From: a virus
Taxonomy: Duplodnaviria; Caudoviricetes
Reading direction: 5' to 3' (one strand)
IMG/VR virus record: IMGVR_UViG_3300028920_000094
Span: 1 to 50,721 of that record
Length of the DNA: 50,721 bases
In this document: positions 37,905 to 47,995 of the stretch, one piece after another
Numbering within the stretch: the first letter of the stretch is position 1
Layout: the number at the start of each line of letters is the position of its first letter
Translations under genes and position numbers: made by a program
Notes under the pieces: generated by a model
Told to the model about the DNA's origin: nothing
What the model saw: only the letters and a program-made list of their open reading frames with translations
The model's database searches: none

Positions 37905-38114
37905 TTGGCCTTCACCGCAGCCGACATCACGACTATCGAGACCGCCATCACATCCACCATCACCTCCGGCGGCGTCCGTCGCATCACGGTAGGTGGACGC
38001 ACCGTCGAGTTCCGCTCCGCATCCGACCTGTTCGAGCTCCTCAACCTCGTCCGCCGCGAGGTCTACGCCTCGACCAACGCCGTCACGAAGGCCGATCTCA
38101 GGAACCGCCCGTGA
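37905..38114 (+). CDS. Head-tail adaptor, gpW-like
   Basis: GVRRITVGGRTVEFRS; directly before the portal; RBS AGGAG with TTG start. Confidence 0.8.
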   Translation: MAFTAADITTIETAITSTITSGGVRRITVGGRTVEFRSASDLFELLNLVRREVYASTNAVTKADLRNRP

Positions 38115-39652
38115 GCCGGCAGAGGCACCACACCCACCGCAAAGCCCACCACGAGCCCCTCCACAAGAGGCTCGACACAGTGATCCAGCACTACTTCCCC
38201 GCCTGGGCATTCAACCGCGAGCAGGCACGCGTCCGCGCCGGCCTCGCCCGCCGCGCACGCGAGGGCATGGAACGCCGACGCCGCGCCAAGGGAGCCTCCC
38301 ACTACCAGGACGCACGCTCCGGCCGCCTCAACCGCCGCCGATCCTCACGCGGCGGCTCCGCCGACAGCCACGCCACCCAGAGCATCCTGTTCACGCTCCG
38401 CGAAAACGTCCGACACCTCGTCGACAACTCGACCCTCGCCGAGGGCCTGCTCCAGACCGACTGCGACAACGTGATCGGCCGCGAGCCCATGCCCCAGGCG
38501 CAGACCGCCGACGCCGAATGGAACCGCGAGGCCGAGAAGGTCTGGCACAACGAGCCGCTCGACGTGCGGGGCATCCTCCCCAACTCCGAGTTCCTGCGGA
38601 TGCTCTACACCTCCGTCCGACGCGACGGCGACCTCGCACTAATCAAGAGCGACGGGCGGTTCCAGGCCCTCGAGGCCGAGTTCATCGCCACACCCACCAA
38701 GTACGGCACCGACGACGCCGTGGTCAACGGCATCCGGTTCGACGACATCGGGCGGCCGATCGAGTACTACATCGCCACCGAGCACCCCACCTCCGCCTAC
38801 GTGAATAAGACGACCACGCGCCCCGCCGAGGACGTCATCCACATCTTCCGCCCCGGCAGATTCTCCGCCTCCCGAGGCGTCCCCATCCTCGCAAAAGTGA
38901 TCGACGAGATCGACCGCCTCAACGACTATGTCGAAGCCACCGTGATCGCGGCGCAGATGGCCGCCTGCTACGCCATCGTCCGCAAAACCTCCTACTGGCC
39001 TGAAAAGCGCGGCAACGCCAAGACCAACGACGACACGGGCGACAGCGAACGATGGGAAGAAGTCGAGCCGGGCATGATCCTCTATGCCCATCCCGACGAG
39101 GAAGTGCAGCAGCTCAATCCGAACCACCCCAACCAGCAGTTCGAGACCCTCGTCGACACCCTCTGCCGATTCACGGGCCGCCACATGGGCCTCCCCCTCG
39201 AGCTCGTGTTGCTGAACTTCTCGCACTCGAACTTCTCAAACACCCGCGCCGCCCTGCTCCAGGCGCAGCGGACGTTCGAGAACACACAGCACTGGCTCGA
39301 CAGCGGCGTGTTCCGCCAGATGTGGGGCTACAGCACGGAGCACGCGATCCGACGCGGATGGCTCCAGCCCCACCCCGAGGCGGCCAAGGTCCACTTCGTC
39401 ATGCCGGGCTGGCCGTGGGTCGACCCCCTCAAGGACATCCAGGCCGACATCCTTGCCCTCGCCAACGGCCTCCGCTCCCCGCAGCAGGTCGCCTCCAAAT
39501 GGGGCGTGGACGCCGAGACCGTCATCGAGCAGGTCGCCCTCTACCGCGAGATGCTCGCACGCTACGGCGTCGAAATCGAATACACACTCCGCCCCGGCAC
39601 ACAGGCCGCAGGCGGCGACGATAAAGACGAGCCCGAGGAGAGCAAGGAATGA
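38111..39652 (+). CDS. Portal protein, lambda family
   Basis: NGIRFDDIGRPIEYYI, RGVP, NFSNTR and WVDPLKD motifs. Confidence 0.93.
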   Translation: MSRQRHHTHRKAHHEPLHKRLDTVIQHYFPAWAFNREQARVRAGLARRAREGMERRRRAKGASHYQDARSGRLNRRRSSRGGSADSHATQSILFTLRENVRHLVDNSTLAEGLLQTDCDNVIGREPMPQAQTADAEWNREAEKVWHNEPLDVRGILPNSEFLRMLYTSVRRDGDLALIKSDGRFQALEAEFIATPTKYGTDDAVVNGIRFDDIGRPIEYYIATEHPTSAYVNKTTTRPAEDVIHIFRPGRFSASRGVPILAKVIDEIDRLNDYVEATVIAAQMAACYAIVRKTSYWPEKRGNAKTNDDTGDSERWEEVEPGMILYAHPDEEVQQLNPNHPNQQFETLVDTLCRFTGRHMGLPLELVLLNFSHSNFSNTRAALLQAQRTFENTQHWLDSGVFRQMWGYSTEHAIRRGWLQPHPEAAKVHFVMPGWPWVDPLKDIQADILALANGLRSPQQVASKWGVDAETVIEQVALYREMLARYGVEIEYTLRPGTQAAGGDDKDEPEESKE

Positions 39653-41040
39653 ACCACGCTGCCGCCATCTTCGCCCGCCCGTGGGCAATGGAGCCGACGC
39701 GTCTGCTCGACTTCGCCGCCCGCATCCTCCACGGCGGCTCTGCCACCATCCTCCAGCTCGACAAGCTGCCCGACATCCAGCAACTCGGCTACGACCTCAC
39801 CGCAGGCGTCGCCACCATCGCCATGAGCGGAATCTTCATCAAGGGCGGCGACCCCATCCTCGAACGATGGGGCCTCGGCATCATCGACACCGAGCAGGTG
39901 GCCGCCGCCATCGACGACGCCCTCGCCGACGACGCGGTCGAGCGGATCCTCCTCTCCATCGACAGCCCTGGCGGCGATGCCGCAGGCGTCGAAGCTCTCG
40001 GCGACAAGGTCTACGAAGCATCGAAGATCAAGCCCATCGACGCCCACATCGCAGACATCGGGGCCTCCGCCGCCTACTGGATCGCATCCCAGGCACGCAC
40101 CATCACCGCCAACGCCACCGCCACTGTAGGCTCCATCGGCGTGTATATGACGATCTGGGACACAAGCAAGGCGGCAGAAGACGACGGCCTGAAGGTCTAT
40201 CTCATCGCATCAGGCCCCCTCAAGGGCCAGGGCTCCACGGGCGTGCCCGTCAGCCAGGAAGCCATCGACGAGTGGCAGGGCATCATCGACGGAATGGCCG
40301 GCTACTTCGTCAAGGCCGTCGCCCGCGGCCGCCGAACCACGCAAAAGGCCATCCGACAGCTTGCAACGGGAGCCGCCTGGCTCGCCGAGGACGCCAAGGC
40401 CAACGGCCTCATCGACGCCGTCGGCCACCTATCCACAGCACTCCAATCGCCGGGGCGGCTCCGCCGCTCGTCGGCGGAAACCCCCCGACAGGAGGAACCG
40501 ACCATGGCAGACGAGACCGACAAGATGACGCCCGAGGCCCTGCGCGAGCAGTTCGCCGACGCCGTCAAGGACATCGAGGGCAAGGCCAGCGCCAAGGCGA
40601 TGGAGCACACCGGCGACATCCTCCGCGCCCAGCTCGCGGAGTTCGGCGAGACCTTCGCCGAGGACCCCAAGTTCGCCATCGACCGCTTCGTCGCCGGCGA
40701 CACACTCGCCGAGGCCAAGGCCGCCTACGCCGACGTGCTCAAGGTCCGCCTCGCAGACGAGGCCGAGGCCCGCAAGGCCGTCGAGGCACAGCTCGCCGAG
40801 CGCGACAAGCTCGTGCCCCAGACCCACACCGACAAGCAGAAGACCGACGCCGAGGTCGAGGCCGACAAGAAGAAGGCCGAGACCGAGGCCAAGGGCGCGC
40901 CGTCCACATGGGAGGAAGCCATCGCCCTCGTCCTCACCGAGCTCGGCAAGGCCAGCCTCGCAGGCAAGGATCTCCTCGCCGCCCGCACCGAGGCCGCCAA
41001 GATCGCCCGCAACCGCTTCCCCGACTGCCTCGGGAAGTAA
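39649..41040 (+). CDS. S49 head maturation protease with nested scaffold (in-frame start at 40504)
   Basis: IDSPGG, ASAAYWIAS and GSIGV motifs; internal RBS GGAGG before an in-frame ATG, as in lambda C/Nu3. Confidence 0.92.
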   Translation: MNHAAAIFARPWAMEPTRLLDFAARILHGGSATILQLDKLPDIQQLGYDLTAGVATIAMSGIFIKGGDPILERWGLGIIDTEQVAAAIDDALADDAVERILLSIDSPGGDAAGVEALGDKVYEASKIKPIDAHIADIGASAAYWIASQARTITANATATVGSIGVYMTIWDTSKAAEDDGLKVYLIASGPLKGQGSTGVPVSQEAIDEWQGIIDGMAGYFVKAVARGRRTTQKAIRQLATGAAWLAEDAKANGLIDAVGHLSTALQSPGRLRRSSAETPRQEEPTMADETDKMTPEALREQFADAVKDIEGKASAKAMEHTGDILRAQLAEFGETFAEDPKFAIDRFVAGDTLAEAKAAYADVLKVRLADEAEARKAVEAQLAERDKLVPQTHTDKQKTDAEVEADKKKAETEAKGAPSTWEEAIALVLTELGKASLAGKDLLAARTEAAKIARNRFPDCLGK

Positions 41041-41061
41041 CCACCAACCAGGGGGCCGGAG

Positions 41062-42078
41062 GTGTTCGACGCCGCTTTCTTCTACGCCAAGCCGCCCTTC
41101 CGCTCGACAGGCTTGAGCAACAACACCCGGCAGTGTGCCGCAGTCCTCAACGAGGAAGGCTACCGTGCCATCGCAATGTGCCTCACCGACCTGCCCCGCT
41201 CCGACGGCAGCCAAGGCCCGCACATCTGGGGTCCCTGGATGGCAGAGCACGCGCCCCGCATGGTCGTCGTCTCCGCTCTCTGCACACCGCCCGAAGACCT
41301 CGAAGCCCTCGCGCGCAAGTTCCGCGACACCATCTGGGTGCAGCGCATCCACAGCAACCTCGCCTGGCTCTTCCAGAGCGGCGACTTCTACAAGACCATG
41401 CAGGTGCTCGAAATGAGCCGCCGCCTCCCCAACGTCAAGCTCGCATTCGTCTCTCCCTACGAGAGCGCACGCCTCCACGGCGCCGGCCTCCACAACGTCG
41501 TCTGCATGCCCAACGTCACCGTTGCCCCCGTCGCCGACACGCCGCGCCGAGGACCCGCAAGGAACCGCAGGGTCGAGCTGTCCGCCATCTTCGCCGTCCG
41601 ACTGCTCAAGCACCCTTCGGGTCACGTCCTCGCCTCTGCCCTGGTCAACGCCCGCCGCCGAGCCTGCCTCCACATGCAGTTCACACGCACCGATCATCGG
41701 CACTACAACGAACGGTGCAAGATGTTCGCCAACGCGTGCCAGCTCCCCCTCGTCGAGGAGCCCTACCGCGACCACGCGGACTTCTGCGCCTGGCTCGGCT
41801 CGAGCATCCACGTCGGGCTCCAGCTCTCCATGACGGAGAGTTTCAACTACGTGGCGGTCGAGCACATGAGCGAGGGGATCCCCGTCGTCGCATCCGAGGC
41901 GATCCCATTCGTCCCCTGGCGCGTCCGCTACGAGGACAGCCAGGCCGCCGCCGATACCGTGCTCGACATCCTCGCCGACTACCGCGGCGCGAGCCAATGC
42001 GCCCTCGACGCCGCCCGCACCATCCGCGACCGCAACCGCTCCCTCTACCTCGAAACCTGCCAAGCCCTGCTCAATTAG
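41062..42078 (+). CDS. Glycosyltransferase, GT-B/GT4-like
   Basis: SMTESFNYVAVEHMSEGIPVV (Ex7E motif). Confidence 0.8.
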   Translation: MFDAAFFYAKPPFRSTGLSNNTRQCAAVLNEEGYRAIAMCLTDLPRSDGSQGPHIWGPWMAEHAPRMVVVSALCTPPEDLEALARKFRDTIWVQRIHSNLAWLFQSGDFYKTMQVLEMSRRLPNVKLAFVSPYESARLHGAGLHNVVCMPNVTVAPVADTPRRGPARNRRVELSAIFAVRLLKHPSGHVLASALVNARRRACLHMQFTRTDHRHYNERCKMFANACQLPLVEEPYRDHADFCAWLGSSIHVGLQLSMTESFNYVAVEHMSEGIPVVASEAIPFVPWRVRYEDSQAAADTVLDILADYRGASQCALDAARTIRDRNRSLYLETCQALLN

Positions 42079-42088
42079 GGGACCTTCA

Positions 42089-42511
42089 ATGGCCAGCCAG
42101 ACCGTGCGAACCTTCACCCGAGTGGTCGGAGGCGAGGAGACCCTCGCCCGGTACCGCCTCGTGCGGCGCGAATCCGCCACGTCCTCCGACGTGATCTTCA
42201 TGGAGGCCACCGCCACCTACGTCCCCATCGGCGTCATCCAGGCCGGCGACAACTCGTCCTACGTCGTCGGCTCCGAGGTCGCCGTCCAGGACTTCAAGGC
42301 CGGGGGCACGCAGAAAGTCGAGGCCGCCGGCGCCATCGTCGACGGCGCCTTCATCTACGCCGCCGCCGACGGCAGGGTGCAGGCACTCCCCGCCGCCGCG
42401 GGCACCTACCTCCGCGTGGGCATCGCCTTCGAGGCCGCCACGGGCGCGGGCTCGATCTTCGAAGCGTGGCTCGACCCCAGCGGCACCACCGAGACCGTCA
42501 CCGGCTCCTGA
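42089..42511 (+). CDS. Capsid decoration/cement protein (DUF2190-like)
   Basis: AAGAIVDGAFIYAAADGRV...VGIAFEAA; lies before the capsid gene. Confidence 0.7.
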   Translation: MASQTVRTFTRVVGGEETLARYRLVRRESATSSDVIFMEATATYVPIGVIQAGDNSSYVVGSEVAVQDFKAGGTQKVEAAGAIVDGAFIYAAADGRVQALPAAAGTYLRVGIAFEAATGAGSIFEAWLDPSGTTETVTGS

Positions 42512-42603
42512 CCCCCGACGTGGCCCGATTGACAACCTGAGCCCGTCGAGGCCCGGCCAGGCCACCAGCGGCGACCCTAGACGCCGCCGACGGGAGCACC
42601 GAT

Positions 42604-42645
42604 AGGGCGGTGCGAGCTCGAAAGAGCTCCACCGCCCTTTTTTTT
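42604..42645 (+). terminator. Intrinsic terminator in the capsid gene leader
   Basis: AGGGCGGTG-C-GAGCTC-GAAA-GAGCTC-CACCGCCCT followed by a T-run. Confidence 0.8.
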
Positions 42646-42671
42646 GCCACCCCTTGCCGAGGAGAACTCAA

Positions 42672-43631
42672 ATGGCCGAGCTCGCACCCGACAATGTTCG
42701 CCCGCGACGCGACATCCAGGACTGCCTCCGCGAGTTCCTGATGACGCGCCCCTTCATCGGCCTCAAGCTCTTCCCGCTCTTCCCCGTGGATCAGAAGACG
42801 GGCTATTACCCGATGATCCCCACCGAGTCGATGCTCAAGCTCCCCGAATCCATCGAGCGCGCGCCCAAGGCCGCCTACGGCCGCATCGACTGGAACTGGA
42901 CGACCGACAACTACGCCTGCAAGGAATACGGCGTCGAGCAGCCCGTCGACGAGGTGCAGGCCGCCGAGACGGAGAGCTTCTTCGACCTCGAGGAGGAGGC
43001 AGGCCGCACGGTGAGCGACATCGTGCTCCGAATGCAGGAGCAGCGGATCCTCACCATGTGCCAGGTCGCCGCCAACTGGGGCAACACCGGCGCCGTCGCC
43101 GCCGCATGGGATGTGCCCGCCGCTGCCGTGCCAATCACGGACATCCACGCCGCGCGCCTCGTCATCCGCGCCGCCACGGGCCTCCTGCCCGATACGCTCG
43201 TCGTCGGGCGCGACACCTTCCAGTGGTTCACGCTCTGCGACCAGATCACCGACCGCATCCAGTACACCTACCCCGGCATGGACCGCGGCGACTACACCGC
43301 CGAGCTCATCGCCAAGATGCTCGGCCTCCGCCAGGTGCTCATCGCCGACGCCGTCTACGACACCACCGACGAGGGCCAGGCGTCCACCATCGACGACATG
43401 TGGGACGACGACTTCGCCTTCCTCTGCAAGGTCGCCGAGAACCCGAGCCGCCTCCGCGAGCCCTGCATCGGCAGGACGTTCCTGTGGGAGAGGGACAGCG
43501 CCGAGAACCTCGTGTTCGAGAGCTACGCCGAACCGCAGACCCGCAGCGAGATCGTGAGGGCTCGCCACCACACCGACGAGGAGATCGTCCTGGCCAACTG
43601 TGGCTACCTCTTCACCGGCTGCAACACGTAG
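42672..43631 (+). CDS. Major capsid protein (gpE-like)
   Basis: RBS GAGGAG; 319 aa after the protease and decoration genes; KLFPLFPV, RAP and PDTLVVG motifs. Confidence 0.85.
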   Translation: MAELAPDNVRPRRDIQDCLREFLMTRPFIGLKLFPLFPVDQKTGYYPMIPTESMLKLPESIERAPKAAYGRIDWNWTTDNYACKEYGVEQPVDEVQAAETESFFDLEEEAGRTVSDIVLRMQEQRILTMCQVAANWGNTGAVAAAWDVPAAAVPITDIHAARLVIRAATGLLPDTLVVGRDTFQWFTLCDQITDRIQYTYPGMDRGDYTAELIAKMLGLRQVLIADAVYDTTDEGQASTIDDMWDDDFAFLCKVAENPSRLREPCIGRTFLWERDSAENLVFESYAEPQTRSEIVRARHHTDEEIVLANCGYLFTGCNT

Positions 43632-43704
43632 CCTTCGCCGCCGCGCCGCACGAGCCCGGGGAGAGGGGCCGCTCCTCCCCTCTCCCCGGGCGGGGGCCGA
43701 AACG

Positions 43705-44415
43705 ATGCCACGATTCCTGATCGCAACGCCAAACTACAACCGGCCCGACCTGCTCCGCAGGACGGCCGAATCCTTCGTCCGCCTCTACGGCTCACCCGCC
43801 GACGGCGACTACCGCTGGGTGCTCATCGACGACGATTCCGACGCCGAAACCTGCCAGACCATCAACGCGATACAGGCGGAGCTCGGCTGCTGGTTCCAGG
43901 TCGTCAACACCACGGGCACCCGCGCCGTCATGGCCTGCTTCAACCTCCTCTATGCCAACCAGCCAGAGCCCTACCGCGTCTACATGGAATCGGACTACGA
44001 GTGGCTCCTCCCAGGCTGGCTCGACTACGCCGCCGACATCCTCCAGGCCGACCCCCGCGTCGGCGAGGTCCTCACCGAGCACCTGCCCGGCGTCCTCGCA
44101 CGCAACGAGGCCGCAGGCCACTTCGTCTCCGCCGAGGAGGCCCAACCCCACCCATACCTCCGCACCTGGACCCCTGGCTTCTGGTGCAACCGCTTCGGCC
44201 AGTTCAGTATGCGGGTGCACATGGCACGCCCCGGCCTGCTCCGCGAGCTCCGCCCTTTCCCGCACATCCGAAACCGAGGGATGGAGCCCCACATAGGCCG
44301 CTACTTCCACAGCCTCGGCTGGCAGGTCGCACACCCCCTCCAGACCTACGCCGACCACATCGGCAAGGGCAACCCCGCCGTCCCCTACGCCAACATGGGG
44401 GGCAACCCCCGATGA
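43705..44415 (+). CDS. Glycosyltransferase, GT2-like
   Basis: PNYNRPDLL, LIDDDS and ESD motifs. Confidence 0.8.
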   Translation: MPRFLIATPNYNRPDLLRRTAESFVRLYGSPADGDYRWVLIDDDSDAETCQTINAIQAELGCWFQVVNTTGTRAVMACFNLLYANQPEPYRVYMESDYEWLLPGWLDYAADILQADPRVGEVLTEHLPGVLARNEAAGHFVSAEEAQPHPYLRTWTPGFWCNRFGQFSMRVHMARPGLLRELRPFPHIRNRGMEPHIGRYFHSLGWQVAHPLQTYADHIGKGNPAVPYANMGGNPR

Positions 44416-45452
44416 AGGCTCTCATCACAGGCTCGTGCGGGCTCATCGGCTCCGAAGCCGCCCGATTCTACCTCGCCCAGGGCTGGGAGGTCGTCGGCGT
44501 CGACAACGATGCCCGCCGCAGATTCTTCGGCGACGACGCCTCCACCCTCCCCGTCCGCGCTCAGCTCGAGGCCATCCCAGGCTACACCCACATCGCCGCC
44601 GACATCCGGGGCATGCAGCGGGCATTCGCCGACCACGGCCCCTTCGCACTCATCGCCCACGCCGCGGCCCAGCCCTCCCACGACTGGGCCCGCGACCACG
44701 TGCTCGAGGACTTCACGACCAACGCCTGGGGAACCGTGTTCCTCCTCGACCAGGCTCACCGCCACTGCCCCGAAGCCCCCTTCGTGTTCCTCAGCACGAA
44801 CAAGGTCTACGGCGATGCGCCCAACCGCCTCCCCACGGTCGAGCTCGCCACCCGCTACGCCCTCAAGCCACCCCACGAGCACGGCATCAGCGAGCAAATG
44901 TCCATCGACGCCAGCCTCCACTCCTTCTTCGGCTGCTCGAAGGCCGCCGCCGACCTCTACGTCCAGGAGTACGCCCAGACGTTCGGCATGCGCACGGCCT
45001 GCTTCCGGTGCGGATGCCTGACCGGACCTGCCCACAGAGGCGCAGAACTGCACGGATTCCTGTCCTACCTCGTGCACTGCGTCGTCACGGGCAAGCCCTA
45101 CACGATCTACGGCTACGGCGGCAAGCAGGTCCGCGACCAGCTCCACGCCGCCGACCTCGTCGCCGCCATCGAGTGCTTCCGAGCCCGCCCCATCCACGGA
45201 GGGCCGGTCTACAACCTCGGCGGGGGCCCGGGCAACTCCATCTCCGTCCTCGAGGCCATCGGCCGCGCCGAAAAGCTCGCGGGCAAGCACCTCGACTTCA
45301 CGCTCGACCCCACCCCCCGCCTCGGCGACCACCGCTGCTACTACTCCGACACCACGCAGTTCGAGTGCTACTACGACTGGCACGTCGAGCACCGCATCCA
45401 CGACATCCTGGCCGAGATGGTCGCCGCCGAACAGGAGCGCGCCCCGTGCTAG
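44412..45452 (+). CDS. NAD-dependent nucleotide-sugar epimerase (CDP-paratose 2-epimerase-like)
   Basis: ITGSCGLIG, HAAAQPSHDWA, STNKVYG and GKQVRD motifs. Confidence 0.9.
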   Translation: MKALITGSCGLIGSEAARFYLAQGWEVVGVDNDARRRFFGDDASTLPVRAQLEAIPGYTHIAADIRGMQRAFADHGPFALIAHAAAQPSHDWARDHVLEDFTTNAWGTVFLLDQAHRHCPEAPFVFLSTNKVYGDAPNRLPTVELATRYALKPPHEHGISEQMSIDASLHSFFGCSKAAADLYVQEYAQTFGMRTACFRCGCLTGPAHRGAELHGFLSYLVHCVVTGKPYTIYGYGGKQVRDQLHAADLVAAIECFRARPIHGGPVYNLGGGPGNSISVLEAIGRAEKLAGKHLDFTLDPTPRLGDHRCYYSDTTQFECYYDWHVEHRIHDILAEMVAAEQERAPC

Positions 45453-46180
45453 ACCCCGCCACCATCAAGGACCCCGGCCTCGTCGGACCCATCCTCGACG
45501 ACCTCGCGGCCTACACGGGCATCCCCCGCGCCCGCTGCCGCGAGCTCAGCACCCGCAGCCCCAACCAGCCCCACCGCTCATGGGTCGCGTGGGACCCCAC
45601 GTCGCGTCCCGAGCTCGCCTGGTACTACCGCACCACCGCCGCCTACGTGTTCGCCCTCTGCGACCCCCGATGGTGCCACCCCCTCGACCTCCTCGCCGGC
45701 CTCGACGCCGAGGGCAACCCGCCCGTCGCCCTCGACGTGGGAGCGGGCATCGGCACCGACGCCCTCTACCTCGCCCAACGCGGCTGCCTCGTCTTCTACT
45801 CCGATCCGAACCACTGGAACCGAGAGTTCGCACGCTGCCGATACCAGCGCCACCGCGACGACATCCCCGGCGTCGTGAACTTCGATACCGACCCCCCCGA
45901 GGTCGACGTGCTCATCGCCGTCGACGTGCTCGAGCACATCCCCGACTACCCCCGCGTGCTCCGCGAGCAATGGCTGCCACGCGTCAAGCGCAGCGGCCAC
46001 TTCCTCTACTCCGCGCCATTCTGCCGGGCACCCGGCCTGCCCGACAACGTGGGGCTCCACGTCAACCAAACCGAGCCCATCCCCGACATCCTCGCCGAGG
46101 CCGGCTTCCGCTGCGTCAAGCGCATCGCAGGCACCCCCGACCCCACGGGCGACGCCCACTGGCACTGGATCCGCAACTGA
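45446..46180 (+). CDS. Class I SAM-dependent methyltransferase
   Basis: ALDVGAGIG and DVLEHIPD motifs. Confidence 0.88.
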   Translation: MLDPATIKDPGLVGPILDDLAAYTGIPRARCRELSTRSPNQPHRSWVAWDPTSRPELAWYYRTTAAYVFALCDPRWCHPLDLLAGLDAEGNPPVALDVGAGIGTDALYLAQRGCLVFYSDPNHWNREFARCRYQRHRDDIPGVVNFDTDPPEVDVLIAVDVLEHIPDYPRVLREQWLPRVKRSGHFLYSAPFCRAPGLPDNVGLHVNQTEPIPDILAEAGFRCVKRIAGTPDPTGDAHWHWIRN

Positions 46181-47076
46181 TGAACATCGTGCTCCTCCAA
46201 CTCTACCACACCACCGCCGCCGTGGCGGCACTCCGCGCCCTCGGCCACAACGTCGCCGCCGTCAACTTCCGCCACGACACCCTCCCCGGCGACCGTGCCC
46301 TCCGATGGGCGGACCTCCTCATCGTCCAGCAGGGCGACCTCCTCCACCCCCCAGGCTGCCTCCCCACCGCACTCGTCGAGCGAGCCCGCGCACGCGGCTG
46401 CCACACCATCTGGTGGACCTACGACCCGCCCGAGACCAAACGCCCCATCTACGGCGACTTCGCCCGCCACTTCGACCAGCTCGTCGTGTGCACCGAGGCC
46501 GACCGCGACCACTTCGCCCGCCTCGGCTGCAACGTCCGCATCGACTACGCCGGCGCCGACCCCGGCTTCTGGCGGCCCACCAACCTCAAGCCCCCCGAGT
46601 TCGCCGCCCACGGCGCTCCCGCCGGCCTGTTCGGACACCTCTACCCCCACAGGCAGCAGGCCATCCGAATGCTCCTCGACGCCGGCATCCCCACCGCCTG
46701 CTGGGGCATCGGCAACGGCTCGTGGCCGTGGCTCGACCAGCAGCGGATCCGCTGCCAGTTCCACGCCACAACCGTCAACGTCATCCTCCCCTGGCACGGA
46801 CCCTCCGGCCTCGACCCCGAATACCTCATCCTCCGCCACTGGCAGATCCCCATGTGCGGAGGCTTCGCCATCGCCGAGCACAACCGAGCCGTGGACAGGG
46901 AATTCCCCGACATGCCGGTGTTCTCCACCCTCGACCACATGGTCGAGTTGGTCAAATGGCATCTCGACCGCCCCCGGCGCCGGGCCGCCAGCATCGAAGC
47001 CTGCCGAGCCCGAGCACGCCAGAAGTTCACGCTCAAGGCCTTCTACCAGCGAATGCTCGAGGGGGTGCCGTCGTGA
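46180..47076 (+). CDS. Glycosyltransferase, CgeB-like
   Basis: WWTYDP, GADP and LRHWQIPMCGGF patterns. Confidence 0.7.
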   Translation: MNIVLLQLYHTTAAVAALRALGHNVAAVNFRHDTLPGDRALRWADLLIVQQGDLLHPPGCLPTALVERARARGCHTIWWTYDPPETKRPIYGDFARHFDQLVVCTEADRDHFARLGCNVRIDYAGADPGFWRPTNLKPPEFAAHGAPAGLFGHLYPHRQQAIRMLLDAGIPTACWGIGNGSWPWLDQQRIRCQFHATTVNVILPWHGPSGLDPEYLILRHWQIPMCGGFAIAEHNRAVDREFPDMPVFSTLDHMVELVKWHLDRPRRRAASIEACRARARQKFTLKAFYQRMLEGVPS

Positions 47077-47429
47077 GCGTCTTCGACGATGCCTTCGCCG
47101 CCGCACGCACCGCCGCGATGGACTACATGGGCACCACCGTCACCTACACCCCCAAGGGCGGCTCGGCCTCCGAAATCACCGCCATCCCCGACCTGCTCGA
47201 CACCGACCGCGACGAGGACGAGCACGGCTCCGCCGACGTGCAGAGCATCAACATCGACATCTCCCTCGCCGACGTGGCCAGCCCCGCCACCGGCGACACG
47301 GTGGCCATCGACGGCGTGGACTACACGGTGGCCGCGGTCCGCGACAAGGCCGCAGGCATGGCCACCCTCGAGTGCCGCCGCGTCGACCGCGTGCAGCACG
47401 CCCGCTCCGGATGGAGGGCAGACCTGTGA
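47073..47429 (+). CDS. Head-tail joining/closure protein
   Basis: GTTVTYTP...PATGDTVAIDGVDYTV. Confidence 0.75.
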   Translation: MSVFDDAFAAARTAAMDYMGTTVTYTPKGGSASEITAIPDLLDTDRDEDEHGSADVQSINIDISLADVASPATGDTVAIDGVDYTVAAVRDKAAGMATLECRRVDRVQHARSGWRADL

Positions 47430-47995
47430 GCGACGCCCCCACGATCCACCTCGCCAGCCACCCCGACGAGCATCAGATCCTCGTCTGGCACACCAGCACC
47501 GACCCCCTCGGCCTGGCCATCCAGCTCGAGGACGGCGGCGGAGAGCACTCCGGCCACCACATGGCCATCCGCTACGGATGGGACGTGCTCGAGGCATGGG
47601 TCCCCAGGCTCCGCTTCTACCCCGCCCGCCAGGCCATCACGCGCGGCGGCCACTGCCACGCCTTCACCTGGGCTCCCCCGCTCAGCTTCGACGAAAACGA
47701 GAGCCTGCTCGACTGGTGCAACGAGCTCGCAGCCGCCGCCCCCATCTACGACGGATGGCTCGCAGGCAACCGTGCCATTCGCACCTGGCGGCGCCTGGCC
47801 GGCCAGGGCGGCACCCCCGTCGTCGACCTGCTCGGAACCCTCGCATACATCTGCTACGAGGCCGTCGCCCGCGCCATCAACCACCTCGCCCCCTCCCGCG
47901 GATACCGCGTGGAGCCCGAGACCTTCGGCCCCGCCGAACTCTGGCACCTCACGCAGGCGGGACGGTTCCGCTACCGAGGAGTTCTCCTCCCATGA
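47426..47995 (+). CDS. Possible permuted papain-like (NlpC/P60) amidase
   Basis: His (HMAI) precedes YD and YICYE(Cys), then PAEL. Confidence 0.55.
   Translation: MSDAPTIHLASHPDEHQILVWHTSTDPLGLAIQLEDGGGEHSGHHMAIRYGWDVLEAWVPRLRFYPARQAITRGGHCHAFTWAPPLSFDENESLLDWCNELAAAAPIYDGWLAGNRAIRTWRRLAGQGGTPVVDLLGTLAYICYEAVARAINHLAPSRGYRVEPETFGPAELWHLTQAGRFRYRGVLLP

Noticed and set aside
42550-42564. Fourth GGY-NN array (GGCCC GGCCA GGCCA)
   Set aside because: Only three units, no conserved handle, and explained by an RNA stem.
43654-43691. Hairpin after the capsid gene as an intrinsic terminator
   Set aside because: Strong stem but no U-tract; more likely an mRNA-stabilising or pausing element.
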